This document shows, in pieces, positions 1 through 12,530 of a stretch of DNA of 64,000 bases. This stretch comes from Octopus vulgaris (Eukaryota). The number at the start of each line of letters is the position of its first letter. The stretch's first letter is position 1. The stretch is taken from NCBI GenBank assembly GCA_951406725.2, contig OX597814.1, forward strand, positions 169,508,001 through 169,572,000, read 5' to 3'. Below the pieces are notes generated by a model. It was given only the letters and a program-made list of their open reading frames with translations, was not told where the DNA came from and did no database searches. Both the position numbers and the translations under genes were made by a program.

Positions 1-52
<52 letters not shown>

Positions 53-131
53 GGTCCCGGGTTGATTCGGGGTTAACCAAGATTTCTCTTGAATGAAACA
101 GTTCTAGTCCTGTAGAAGCTCCTTCTATATA

Positions 132-162
<31 letters not shown>

Positions 163-382
163 ATAGAAATATTAAAATAACTAAGTCTCTCTAAAAGAGA
201 ACAGCGGCAGCGTTCCCGGAAAATAATAGTTATCGCCATACTAATATGGCATTCTTATAAAAATAAGAAAAAAGCTGTCCGCTTATTAGCTCCATGAGGC
301 CATCGCCTTAAGTTAGCTATTTGATACACAAACTGTATCCATATAACCTTCGAACAAGGGAGGTCAGTCGCTCCACACTACT

Positions 383-433
383 TGACCGGCAGCTACAGAC
401 GCGTTTCGGGGTATTGCCCCTTTTCAATGCAGC
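383..433 (-). ncRNA. Type I hammerhead ribozyme (inverted copy, 5' end at stem I)
   Basis: Minus strand reads GCUGCA UUGAAAA GGGG CAAUA CCCC GAAA CGCGUC UGUAGC. Confidence 0.7.
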
Positions 434-554
434 TGTTCTCTTTTAGAGAGACTTAGTTATTTTAATATTTCTATTATTGAAAACAAGTGGATGTATTCCA
501 CCGAAACTAGGTAAATAAAACCATCGAACAGAGATTGTCGGAAGCGACACCTAC

Positions 555-616
555 TGGCTGGCTACGCTGCATTGAAAAGGGGCAATACCCCGAAACGCGT
601 CTGTAGCTGCCGGTCA
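555..616 (+). ncRNA. Type I hammerhead ribozyme, U3-A8 core variant
   Basis: Stem I GCUGCA/UGUAGC extended by UGGCUGGC/GCCGGUCA; core UUGAAAA; stem II GGGG-CAAUA-CCCC; GAAA; palindromic stem III ACGCGU; GUC cleavage triplet ending at 601. Confidence 0.8.
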
Positions 617-916
617 AGTAGTGTGGAGCGACTGACCTCCCTTGTTCGAAGGTTATATGGATACAGTTTGTGTATCAAATAGCTAACTTAAGGCGATGGC
701 CTCATGGAGCTAATAAGCGGACAGCTTTTTTCTTATTTTTATAAGAATGCCATATTAGTATGGCGATAACTATTATTTTCCGGGAACGCTGCCGCTGTTC
801 TCTTTTAAAGAGACTTAGTTATTTTAATATTTCTATTATTGAAAACAAGTGGATGTATTCCACCGAAACTAGGTAAATAAAACCATCGAACAGAGATTGT
901 CGGAAGCGACACCTAC

Positions 917-978
917 TGGCTGGCTACGCTGCATTGAAAAGGGGCAATACCCCGAAACGCGTCTGTAGCTGCCGGTCA
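917..978 (+). ncRNA. Type I hammerhead ribozyme, U3-A8 core variant (second tandem copy)
   Basis: Identical to 555-616, 362 bp downstream. Confidence 0.8.
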
Positions 979-1132
979 AGTAGTGTGGAGCGACTGACCT
1001 CCCTTGTTCGAAGGTTATATGGATACAGTTTGTGTATCAAATAGCTAACTTAAGGCGATGGCCTCATGGAGCTAATAAGCGGACAGCTTTTTTCTTATTT
1101 TTATAAGAATGCCATATTAGTATGGCGATAAC

Positions 1133-1195
<63 letters not shown>

Positions 1196-1201
1196 TATAA
1201 A

Positions 1202-2958
1202 GGTGCAGGCATGGCTGTGTGGCTTTGCTTTCCAACCTCATGGTTCCAAGTTCAGTCCCATTGCATGGCACCTTGAGCAAGTATCTTCTGCTATAGACTC
1301 AAGCTGACCAAAGCCTCGTGAGTGGATTTGGCAGATGGAAACTGAAAGAAACACATTGTATATATATCAACGGCCGCTTTCCATGCTCGCATAGGTTGGA
1401 TGATTTGACTGAGGACTGGTGAGCCAGAAGGCTGCACCAGGCTCAATCTGATCCAGCAAAGTTTCTACAGCTGGATGCCCTTCCTAATACCAATCACTCC
1501 GATGGTGTAATGGGTGCTTTTACATGCAACCAGTATGAGGGCCTGTCAGGCAGTTTTGGCAACAACCTTGCTCAAAAGGTGTTTTTTACATGCTACATGC
1601 ATGGAAGCCAGTATGGTGGCACTAGCAACAATCACACTTGAATGCTCCTTTTTATGTGCCACCAGCACAGGAGCCAACCCGTGCCCTGGCAACAATAATG
1701 CTTGGATGTGCTTGTAATGTTCTACTGGCATGAGTACCAATCAGGTGGTACTGTCATCGACCACGTCAGCAATTTTGATTTTGATTTCATTTGCCCCAAT
1801 AGGTCTTTGCAAGCAAAGTTTATTGTCCAATGAATGAGGGGTATTCATAAGTGGGCTGGTGACACCCACTGGCATATGGTCTCATTTGGCTTGTTGGGTC
1901 TTCTTAAGCACAACATACCTCCAAAGGCCTCAGCTATTAATCATTGCCTCGGTAAGGCCCAATGTTTGAAGGTCGTGCTTCACCACCTCTTCCCAGGTCT
2001 TCCTGGGTCTACCTCTTTCACAGGTTCCCTCAACTGCTAGGGTGTGACACTTTTTCACACAGCTGTCCTCATTCATTCGCAACACATGACCATACCATTG
2101 CAGTCATGTCTCTTGCACACCACATCTGATGCTTCTTAAATCCAACTTTTCTCTCAGGGCGCTTACACTCTGTTGTGTATGCACACTGACATTAAACATC
2201 CAGCAGAGCATACTGACTTCATTACTTGCAAGCTTATGCATGCCCTCAGTAGTCACGGCCCATGCTTCATTACCATGTAGCATGGTTGTTCGTACACATG
2301 CATCATACAGTCTACCTTTTACTTTGAGCAAGAGGCCCTTTGTCACCAGCAAAGGTAAGAGCTCTCTGAACGTTACCCAGGCTATTCTTATTCTATCTTC
2401 CCAGTTAGCCTTCCTTTTATATTGCTGCACCTCTTATGTGTCCATAGCTTACACTGGGTACATCTTATGGAGTTTCTACCTACGCCTTTTCTACAGATCG
2501 AGCAGGGCCATCTATCTGAAGGGATTTGTTGTTTGTCTGCCTTCCTACTTATTAAGACTTTGGTTTTAGCTAAGTTGACTCTAAGGCTTTTCGATTCTAA
2601 TCCTTGCTTCCACACCTGAAACTTTGCCTCTAGTTCTGATAGTGACTTAGCAATCAGAGCAAGGTCATCAGCATACAGGAGCTCCCAGAGGCATCCTGTC
2701 TTGAATTCCTCTGTTATTGCTTGGAGGACTATGATGAATAATGTGTATGTATATATTTGTGTGTGTATATGTTTGTCCTCCCACCATTGCTTGACAACCG
2801 ATGCTGCTGTGTTTACGTACCCGTAACTTAGCAGTTCAGCAAAAGTGACCGATAGAATAAGTACTTACAAAGAATAAGTCCTGGGATTGATTTGCTTGAC
2901 TAAAGGTGATGTTCCTGCATGGCCACAGTCAAATGACTGAAACAAGTAAAAGAATAAA
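1202..2958 (+). mobile_element. tRNA-headed SINE family A, split by an RTE insertion (head 1202-1360, tail 2742-2958)
   Basis: Head (TGGCTGTGTGG, GTTCAGTCCC, CACCTTGAGCAAGT) and tail (...ATGACTGAAACAAGTAAAAG) match the full copies at 21925 and 49063. Confidence 0.8.
1368..2741 (-). mobile_element. RTE-clade LINE, 5'-truncated and degenerate
   Basis: Minus-strand WELLYADDLALI, RVNLAKTKV, RIAWVTFRELLPLL and the same modular 3' UTR as 53742-55295; has an internal deletion near 2396. Confidence 0.9.
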
Positions 2959-2975
2959 GAATCTCTCTCTCTCTT

Positions 2976-3024
<49 letters not shown>

Positions 3025-3129
3025 ATTCTTTTATTCTTTTATTCTTTTATTCGTTTCAGTCATTTTGACTGTGGCCATGCTGGAGCACCTCCTTTAATCG
3101 AGCAAATCAACCCCATGACTTATTCTGTG

Positions 3130-4040
3130 GCTTGATGTCATTTAACAGGTAGCCTTGGTGGCATTGATGGGCATGTCATTTGGTTAGGCTGGCTTGTTGA
3201 TTACTGATGCTCTTTCATTTCTTGGTAGAGCTGTTTTATCAGCTGTGCATATGGTGGTGTGGGTAGCAGTGTTGTTTTTTTTTTCTGTGATTTTTGGTTT
3301 CCTTGATGTTGCAGGTGTTTTTGTTGTTGTTATTTTTCTTGTTGTTTTTGTTGCTGTTGCTCCTTGTATATCGGGCAACCAACTTTTATGTGGTTTTTAC
3401 TGCTGCAGAGGTGACGGCATGGTTTTCTGCCTTCAACGGCAACATGTAGATTGGTACTGTCTGGCAGTTTTATCAAATCTGCTATATTCTCAATTGTATT
3501 TTGATTTGCTTGAATCCAGATGTCCAGTTCTGTTGATCTTTGACAGCAATTTCCAAGATGTTAATAAAATCTTCAAAATTGTAGCAGATGGCTGACACCT
3601 GTCATTGTACTTCAATTTCAGGGAGCACATCCTTGATTTTTATTATTGTGACCCTACGCCCTAAGTATGTAGGGATCATTAGTATTTCTTCAGACTGAAG
3701 TGATTCTGTAGAAAAAACTTTGGTTTGCTCTTCTGAGTCAAACCTGACTTTGACTATGGCAAATCTTTTGCCCCTTGTAATGTATTTTTTATGTGTCCAT
3801 ATGGGCCTTAAACATTTTTCGATTATTTGTTGATTTATGTTTTCGGGTTTTCCCCTTTTTAAATTGATTGTCTTGTATATAACTGATTTTTTTGTTAATA
3901 TTTTCTAAAATGTGATGCCATGTGTTTAGGTTTATTGTATTACCCTCCTTAGGTAAAAGGTGTCTTGTTTCCATTAGTTGTTGTGGCGTAAATGAAACAA
4001 CTCATTTTCTTGGCCTTAAAACTGAAGCACAAGTTACTTT
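3130..4040 (-). pseudogene. Degenerate LINE ORF1 (L1/Tx1-like gag-type zinc knuckle)
   Basis: Minus frame reads VAVEGRKPCRHLCSSKNHIKVGCP (CX2CX4HX4C if CGT is restored to TGT), followed by a low-complexity K/Q/T tail; stops are present upstream. Confidence 0.55.
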
Positions 4041-4064
4041 GACTGTTCATGTTGGAGTTGTTTG

Positions 4065-4095
<31 letters not shown>

Positions 4096-4539
4096 CAATA
4101 ATAGAGACAATGGTGGTGGCAGTAGACATTTGGTTATTCTTCTTGCTTTCCTTTCCCACTTGCTTGGGACACTATTGTCATTATGTGTGTGTGTTTGTGT
4201 GTTTGTGTGTTTGTGTGTGTGTGTGAGTGTAATACAATATTTTCTCTCTTCCCTCTAGTGTTCGGCAGTGCAGGGAAATTAGTGTCTAAATAGGATGAAG
4301 GAACGCTGGCTGCTTCAGCCAAGTTAGCTATTTTTCAGGACAGATTGAAAAAAAATTTTTTAATCAAAACTTTAAAGAAAAAAATGCACCCGCAGGGCAG
4401 GGAATTTTGAAAAGCCAATTCAATCACATAAAAGCTGATGTTGCTAACCAACTATTGACAAAAATTCAATATAAATAAACATTTATAAATATGAGAAATT
4501 GTTTAGACTTATGCAGACAAAGTGACGACAGCCAATCAA

Positions 4540-4573
4540 TGGATAGATAGATAGATGGATAGATGGATGTATG

Positions 4574-4624
<51 letters not shown>

Positions 4625-4657
4625 GGATAGATGGATAGATAGATAGGTGGAAAGATG

Positions 4658-4728
<71 letters not shown>

Positions 4729-4730
4729 GG
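4540..4730. repeat. (GATA)n microsatellite
   Basis: Direct reading. Confidence 0.95.
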
Positions 4731-5169
4731 CATAGTCTTTTGGCTTGCTAGCTCCTTTCAAACCATCCAACCCATGCTGGCATAAAAAAAAAAATAGACA
4801 TTAAATGATGATGATGATAATGATGATGATGATGATGATGATGACAACGATGATGATGACAACGATGATGTCGGTGATAATGTATAAAATATAGTACTAT
4901 GACAATATTATAAGCTGAGTAACATCCAAGGCAAAAATATTTCTTGACAGTTTCATATGAAATTAGGTTTTACTAAAAGGAAACATTAATTAAATAATCA
5001 TCAGACATGGCTGGCTGGAAGCCTATAGCTTAGGCGCTTTTGCACTGAAGATGGGAATAAAATCATCTAGTGATCAAGCCAAATAATCTACAGTAAAATT
5101 ACAGAAAAAAATAAAGCAAAAATAACAAACCAAAGACAATATAAGATGCAAGGTTGAGTCCCACTAGAG

Positions 5170-5611
5170 CAGTGGTTCCCAAAGTGAGAGGTATTGCCCC
5201 CCTCCCCACCTGGGGGCAGTGGAAATTTCCAAGGGGGTGTTGAAGAAAAGTGTGGCAATAATGGGTCAACTTTGCTTTTCATCCTTTCAGGGTCGATAAA
5301 TTAAGTACCAATTACGCACTGGGGTCGATATAATTGACTTCATCCGTTTGTCCCCTCTATGTTTAGCCCCCTGTGGGCAATAAAGAAATAAATAATGTGG
5401 TAGTGATTCATGTAAAATGTAGGGTGATAATAGGGTAGCGATTCATGTAAAAACAGCAAAATAATGAGTTTGTTAGGTTAAGTTTTATTGTGAAATACAG
5501 TTTCTTTGAATTTGCTTGAGAAAGAGGTCTATGTTTATTTGGGATGGGGGCATTAGGAATGTAACCAGGGTGTCAAGGAGGCAGCAGCCTGGAAAAGTTT
5601 GGAAACCACTG
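5170..5611. mobile_element. hAT (Charlie-like) MITE with a nested SINE family B fragment (~5263-5393)
   Basis: TIRs CAGTGGTTCCCAAA / TTTGGAAACCACTG; 8-bp TSD CACTAGAG / CTCTAGAG. Confidence 0.8.
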
Positions 5612-5929
5612 CTCTAGAGTTATATCCTTTGGAACTGCTTGGGAAGTCCAAAAGAAAAAGATCTGTAAGTTTGGCTATTAAGTAAGGAGTCTGTAATGCA
5701 TTTATATGTGCATGAGTGAGCTAGAGTGAAAGGGGTGATGAGAGAAAGAGAAGGCCTGGGGGAGATAGGTGGGCAGGTAATTGGCTGGTCTGCTAAGGAG
5801 TATAATATGTATGTTTATTGTGAGCAGAGTTGTTTCCCTGTATGTAATGACAGTTGCTAATGAGCTGATGAGCTGTTCTGAAGGATTAAAAAGGATCAAA
5901 ATTGGAGAATGATTGCATTGTATTTGCGT

Positions 5930-6730
5930 TTTTAGCCACTCAGACCAAAATCAGAATGTTGCCCAGTCCACACCATGAGGATGTAAGCTATTGTGGACCA
6001 TCGTACACCATCCCACACCATCCCACGGTATATCAAAACAGCTGCTAAAGAGTTGACATTAAAAAGCATGTTGATGTATTGGTGAAGGAGGCAGCCATGT
6101 AGTTGATGGTGTGTCTTCATCAGGACAGCAGAACTGCAATTTCATCCTTTTGGGGCTGGTCAAAGCATCCTTGATGCTCTCCAATAGGCATTCGGTCATT
6201 CCTTGTGATAACTTTGAAGTTGGACTCATCTGTATATCGGCGCTGTACAGCAGTTTTGAAGTCCCTCACATATCGGTTGGTGGTGTGGAGCATTTCCTGA
6301 AGTTTATTGAAAGGAGGCATTTTTGTTCTAGGTGCCACCTGAGCTCAGCGAACTGTTTGCTCAGTGGTATCTCCATGAAGTAAATTTGAAGGAATCGGTG
6401 TTCAGCATTGCTGACAGGAAGAATAGAACCTATCTGATGATAGGTTTGGCCCTGAATTTTGAATGTTGGCATATAGGAATCTCCATGAATGGGTTTGTGA
6501 GTGAAACTTGTCACTTGGAAGGCAGAGTTATAAGCATGAATTTTAGGTATAAATTGCTGCAAATCAGGGTGTTGACCAAGGAGTAGAGAACAAAGGCTGA
6601 GGAGTGTTTTGAAGGTCAGACAAATGAACCTTTCTTGTTTGAGCAGAATAGGCTACTGGATTCTCCAACCCACTTGAGGGCATTACCAAATGGACATATT
6701 ACAGACATATCCCCTGTAACAGTCTCTCGA
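5930..6730 (-). pseudogene. Helitron Rep/helicase N-terminal fragment
   Basis: Frameshifted motifs YNSAFQVTSF, PTFKIQGQTYHQIGSILP, FLQIYF, LQEML..NRYVRDFK, DEIAVLL, LLHQY. Confidence 0.8.
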
Positions 6731-7280
6731 TGAGAAAACAAAGGCACAAATCAAGTTACCTTATGGTGGCTCTTTTCTTTTAGGGATGCCTTATCTCATA
6801 TGAAACTGCCCTGCAACTTTTGGCCCATATATGGTACTTATTTGTAGAAGTGTCATTTTTATGAATTTTTAACATGAACACATTTGTATTTGATTGTATA
6901 GATGTCAATATTTTTATACCTTCTACCTGTCTCTTTTTAAAGATCTGTATTATTATTTCTTCAAATTTTCCCTAAGGCATGATCAATTTTATCTCAATTG
7001 TGGTTACTGCCTCTCACGATTAAACTAGAAGAAGCCATGTTAAAACATAAGTACTAAAATATAAGAAGAGCAATATATATCCAAAGATAAACCTTATTTT
7101 TCCACTCTCTGGTATCAAAGTGGCCACTTAAGTTTTCTATAGCCTTCGGTTGGCAATAAACTACTTTTTTACTCAGTAAAACATGATAAATCTAAATCTT
7201 CCAATGAACTGTATGCGACATGTCCATTCACCTCAAAACCCAAAATAATAATAATGATGATGATGATGATGATGATAATA

Positions 7281-9415
7281 TTTCTACAAAGAAATAAATG
7301 GAGAATGTACAGATGAAAAGTTGATACCAGATAACAATGAAAGTTAAAGGTTTTGGAGTAACATCTGGAGCAAAGACAAGGGACACAAGAAGGATGCTGA
7401 ATGGTTGCAAGAACTGAAACAAACAATAGTCTGTCCAAAACAGACAAAACTAGTCACTTCAGTTAGGAGTGTGAAAGAAACCAGCAAAAAAATGAGCAAC
7501 TGAAAGGCCCTGGGACCAGATAGAGTTCAAGGCTACTGGATCAAAAGATTTGGTGAATGTCATACACGAATTGCTGCACAACTCAACACCTTGTTAAATG
7601 CCAACCAAGTAACACCAGAGTGGTTGACATTGGGTGGGACAGTACTGTGCTTGAAAAACATTGAAAAAGGCAATATGGTAGACAATTACAAGCCGATATC
7701 TTGCTTGCTACTTATTCAGAAATTATTGACTGGAATAGTTGCAGAATCAATGTACAGACTTTCAAAAAAAAAAAAATGGAGTCCTGCCACATGAGCAGAA
7801 GGATTGCAAGCATAAGTGCAGAGGTACCAAGGATCAATTCCTGGTAGTCAAAACTGTACTTAGAGACTGCAAGAAGAGGAAAACTAACTTAGCCATGTCA
7901 TGAATCGATTATTATAAGGCATACGATATGATCCCACATTCTTGGATTATGGAATGTATGAATCTATTTGGTATTGCAATAAATGTTGAGTGATTGCTTG
8001 GAAAATGTATGGTGAAGTGGACAGAACTGACAGCATATGGAGGAAGTTTAGGGACAATAGAAATCAGGATAAGCATCTTCCAAGGAGACTGCCTATCTCC
8101 ACTATCTTTGTACTGTGCTTGATATCACTAACACTGATTCTGAGGAAAGCAAAAGCCGAGTATGTATTCAAGAGCTGCCAACAAAAAGTCTACCACTTGT
8201 TATTCATGGATGACCTCAAACTTCATAATAAAGATGAATCTCAAGTCAGTTCCCTCGTTGATACAGTGTATACTTGCAGTGCTAATATCAGAATGGAGTT
8301 TGGACTGAAAAAGTGTGGTGTGTTAATCTTGAAGAGACTGTCTATCTGTGTCACCCAAAAAGTGACGCAGACAGACTGTATGTACCAAGAAAAAGAGGGG
8401 AAGAGGACTGATTGGATGTGAACACAGCATTAGATTAGAAGAAAACAACATAGCATGGTATGTAAAAAATGCCACAGAACCTCTGTTATTGGAAGTAAGA
8501 AGGTCAGGCTTGTGTATTACCATCCTACATAAATCACTGTACAAGCATTTGAGAATGAATGAAGCTGAAAATAGGTGGATAAAGAAAAGAATGTATGGAC
8601 AATCTCATAGAGATGTTGAAGATAAGACAGACAGAGAAAAAAAATGGCTATGAATGACTAAAAGCGATTTAAAACCAGAAACGGAGGCTCTGATCTAGCT
8701 GCCCAAGAGCAAGCATGACGAATCAATTGCATCAAATATAGAACAGAGAACACATCAGAAAGTGATAAGTGCAGAATTTGTGGACAAAATGGTGAAACTG
8801 TATGGCATATTACCAGTCAATGTATGCCACTATGCCAGAAAGAATATAAGAGATGTCATGATAATATAGCAAGGATTGCCCATTGGACACTTTGCAACAT
8901 ATATGAACTTGACCAAGCAAAAAACTGGCACGAACATAAACCTGAAGGCATCATCAGAAATAATAATGTAAAGATCCTATGGGATTTTATGATTAAGTGT
9001 GGCCATAAAATAGAGAATAGGAAACCAGACATAGTGTTAATTGAGAAAGAAAGCAAACAATACCAGATTATAGCTATAGCATGCCCAGCTGACAAGGTAT
9101 GCAATAAGGAAGAAAGAAAAGTCGATAGATATGACAGGTTAGGTTGGGAGGTTAAGCAGTTGTGGTTGCTGAAAAAGGTGGTAGTAGTACCAATAATTGT
9201 TGGAACCCTGGGAAAAATGAGTAAAGTTCTTGAGAAGTACATGGAACAAATAGGGGCTGCAATAAGGATGGAGCACTTGCAGAAAATAGCACTGTTTGGA
9301 ACCACTGAAATACTCCAGATGGTGCTCGAAAAATATGGGGTGTTACCTTAGTTCACTGGTAGTGAACAGCTGATACTGTAGTACATCTCCAGCATTAGAA
9401 GCTGTACAAAGACAA
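7281..9415 (+). mobile_element. R4/Dong-like non-LTR retrotransposon (RT, CCHC, restriction-like endonuclease), 5'-truncated
   Basis: KPISCL, IFQGDCLSP, HLLFMDDLKL, CRICGQNGETVWHITSQC, KPDIVLI, IACP, VPIIVGTLG; bounded by (TAA/TGA)n. The segment deleted near 8337 is present in the copy at 23400. Confidence 0.85.
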
Positions 9416-9440
9416 TAAAATAATAATAATAACAATAACA

Positions 9441-10678
9441 TTCCTCACCACCATATACAAGCTATTAACATCTATAATAGCAAATAGAGCATGTGAATTC
9501 TTGAATAATTGGAAGTAATTCTTACTGGAACAAAAGGGATGTAAAAGGAGTTTATATGGATGTAAGGACCAATTATTGATTGATAAAATGGTCATTGAAA
9601 ATTGCAAATCCAAATGTAGAAACCTTAGCACCACTTGGACAGATTACAAGAAGGCTTTTGTCAGTGTCCCCCATGCATGGATCATCAAGGCCCTGGAAAT
9701 TTACAAGATAGCTCCAACAATTGGGAACTTTTTTAAAGTAATCATGAATTCGTGAAGAACCACCCTCATTTTAAACCATACACAAGGATATACCACCTCA
9801 CCAGACATCAATATCACCTGTGGTATCTTTCAAGTTGACTCATTATCACCATTATTATTCTGCCTCGCTCTGTTTCCTTTATCCACACAATTGAATAATT
9901 CGAAGAGAGGGTATAAGATCTTTGACCAGAAAATTTAATCATCTACTCTATATGGTTGATCTAAAACTGTTGCCAAAAACGACAAAGAATTAGAAGAGCT
10001 CCTGAATATTGAAAAAGAATTCAACTCTGATATAGGTATGGAATTCGGACTTGATAAATGTGCAAAGGCTACTTTCAAGGAAGGTAAGTTCATAAAGGCA
10101 GAAAACATAGAACTTGATACTACCACAGCTATTTGAAACTTAGACCAATCTGAAATATGTAAATATCTGGGAAGCAATGAAGGTGATGGTATCCAGTGCT
10201 CTAAAATGAAAGAGAAAATCTGTAAGGAATACTACCAAAGAGTAAGAATGTTCCTAAACTTAGAATTAAATACTTCTAACAGCATTATTGCAATCAATTC
10301 TTTGGTCATATCTGTAACCACATATAGTTTCAGTATCATCAAGTGGAGTCTCACTGATATGCAGAATATGGATGGAAAAATCCACAAAATCTTTACAAGG
10401 TATTGAATGCACCATCCAAAATCAGATGTAGACAGGATTTATCTCCCAAGTAAAATAGGTGGAAGAGGCCTGATATAGCTTGGACAATCCTTCAAATCAA
10501 CAATAAGAGGCCTTGAAACATACCTTAATACAGCAAGTGATGTGCTCTTACGAACTGCACTGAAGCATGAAGATTCCAAGCAAGCTTCAGACATGAAGCT
10601 TAGGCAGAAATTTAAACAGTCTGCTGGTAGTAATCCTGCTATGCATGCAAGACTCCAGGAGTGCCAACAAAACATGCA
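9441..10678 (+). mobile_element. Second R4/Dong-like LINE fragment (RT region, different subfamily)
   Basis: EQKGCKRSLYGCKDQLLIDK, DYKKAFVSVPHAW, GIFQVDSLSPLLF, HLLYMVDLK, MEFGLDKCA; (TAA)n on both sides. Confidence 0.8.
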
Positions 10679-10711
10679 ATAAAATAATATGATAATAATA
10701 ATAATAATAAT

Positions 10712-11735
10712 TGAGATCAAACAATGTGAAGTGTAGAATTGATAATACAACTAAGAGCAACAAATTCAAAATGTATGGTGAGAAGGATGAAACAGTATGG
10801 CACATTGTGAATGCCCAAAATTGGCACACTGTGAATACAAAAAAGACAGCATGACAATGTAGCAAGAATGATCCATTGGGAATTCTTTGGAAATTATGAC
10901 CTAGAAAGATCAAAGACCAAATCTCAGAGGGAGCTACTGAGAATGAAGATTTTAAAATCCTGTGGAATGTGACCATCAGATTAGACATCAAACACCTGGC
11001 ATCGTTGTGGTAAACAGAAAAAGAAAATGACATGCCTGATAATCGATGTAGCATGTCCTAGTGGTAACAGGATCGAAGAGAAAGAGGAAGAAAAAGCGAA
11101 CCATGATGAATTGAATTGAGGAATATGCAGCTTATGGGGCATTTGTGCTGGTGGCATGTGAAAAAAAACATTTGAGCGAGGTCGTTGCCAGTGCCGCTGG
11201 ACTGGCTCCTGTGCAGGTGGCACATTAAAAGCACCATTTGAGTGTGGCCGTTGCCAGTACTGCCTGACTGGCCCTTGTGCCGGAGGCACGTAAAAGCACC
11301 CACTATACTCTCAGAGTGGTTGGCGTTAGGAAGGGCATCCAGCTGTAGAAATTGTGCCAGATCAGATTGGAGTCCGGTGCAGCCATCTGGTTCGCCAGAC
11401 CTCAGTCAAATCGTCCAACCCATGCTAGCATGGAAAGCGGATGTTAAACGATGGTGATGATGATGATGATGATGGGCAATGATAAGTGAACATGATAACA
11501 AGAGTAATCAGCATGCTTAGCAGTATCAGCATTCAACTACCAGCACGGCTTAAAAAAGATTGGTACAAATGTAAAGATAGAACATCTATGAAAATTATCA
11601 TTGCTTGGAACTGCAAGAGTTCTCTGCAGGGTTGTTGAAGCAGGATCAGTAAACAAGTGTCGCCTTAGTCTCCCGGATGTGGGCAGCTGAAAATTTTCAT
11701 CAGACTCAGCAAAATAATCTGAGAGTTTACATAAC
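10712..11735 (+). mobile_element. Third R4/Dong-like LINE fragment (endonuclease end), interrupted by an RTE 3' tail
   Basis: ETVWHIV, ILWNVTI, LIIDVACP, SLLGTARVL; ATGGG(G)CA flanks the inserted RTE tail. Confidence 0.7.
11141..11472 (+). mobile_element. RTE LINE 3' UTR fragment with three tandem modules and a (GAT)n tail
   Basis: GTGCNGGTGGCAC-TAAAAGCACC modules, AGGAAGGGCATCCAGCTGTAGAAA, CCCATGCTAGCATGGAAAGCGG, (GAT)n. Confidence 0.85.
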
Positions 11736-12279
11736 AAGATAGAAACAAAAGCTTATCAGGTAATCATTTTATCATTATCTTCAGCATAAAAGGTAAAGTC
11801 AACATTTGTACTCAAAATTTGAACTCTGAATATTTAGCCACATGGCTAAATAAACTGAAAGAATTTTTTTTTGTTAATTTACTATTATTTTCATCTATCA
11901 CCATCTCAGACTTTTTACCCATCTACAATTTAAAAAAAAAAATGAGAAATAAACACCTTTAATAAATAATAACGACACAGTTTTGTTTTTCAATTACTTC
12001 TAAGTATGTTCACACATTTTTCTTCATTATTTTCTCTAATTAATAAAAACAGAACCAAAAAATAATGTAAATAAAAGTGTAATCTTGTTTGTTAGATTTT
12101 ATTTGTGAAAACATCTCATCTCGTTATTATTCATAATGGAAATAATATTTATAGTTCAATTCATTTCTTTTGTTATGAGATTGTTAACTTTAGTTGTTTT
12201 TTGTTTTTTTTTATAACAATTGCTCTCATATTTTGTTCACTCCTCATTTCTCCTCTGCCTGCTACTGCCACCATTTGTT

Positions 12280-12286
12280 ACATTTT

Positions 12287-12338
<52 letters not shown>

Positions 12339-12530
12339 TTCATTACTACCACCATCACTACTCCGCTACCACTGCTACCACAATCACCACTTCTACTGCC
12401 GCTGTCGCCACTACCACCACCACCACCATTATCGTCATCATCACCACCACTATCACTGCCACCCCACCTCTATTACTGTTGTCATCCTTATCCTCTTCCC
12501 CTTCTCTTCCTCCTCGTCATCATCATCAGC
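12280..12530. repeat. Mixed trinucleotide tract (CAT/CAG/CAC)
   Basis: Direct reading. Confidence 0.9.

Larger units (their letters stand above)
161..1137. mobile_element. Penelope-like pseudo-LTR / retrozyme-like element: inverted segment plus ~1.95 tandem copies of a 362-bp unit
   Basis: 432-793 is repeated at 794-1137 (period 362, one visible mismatch). 161-433 is the reverse complement of ~566-838. (TA)n lies on both sides and each copy contains a hammerhead fold. Confidence 0.85.

Noticed and set aside
11141-11310. Regularly spaced repeats resembling a CRISPR array
   Set aside because: Eukaryotic context, the spacers are homologous to each other, and the repeats are part of an RTE 3' UTR.
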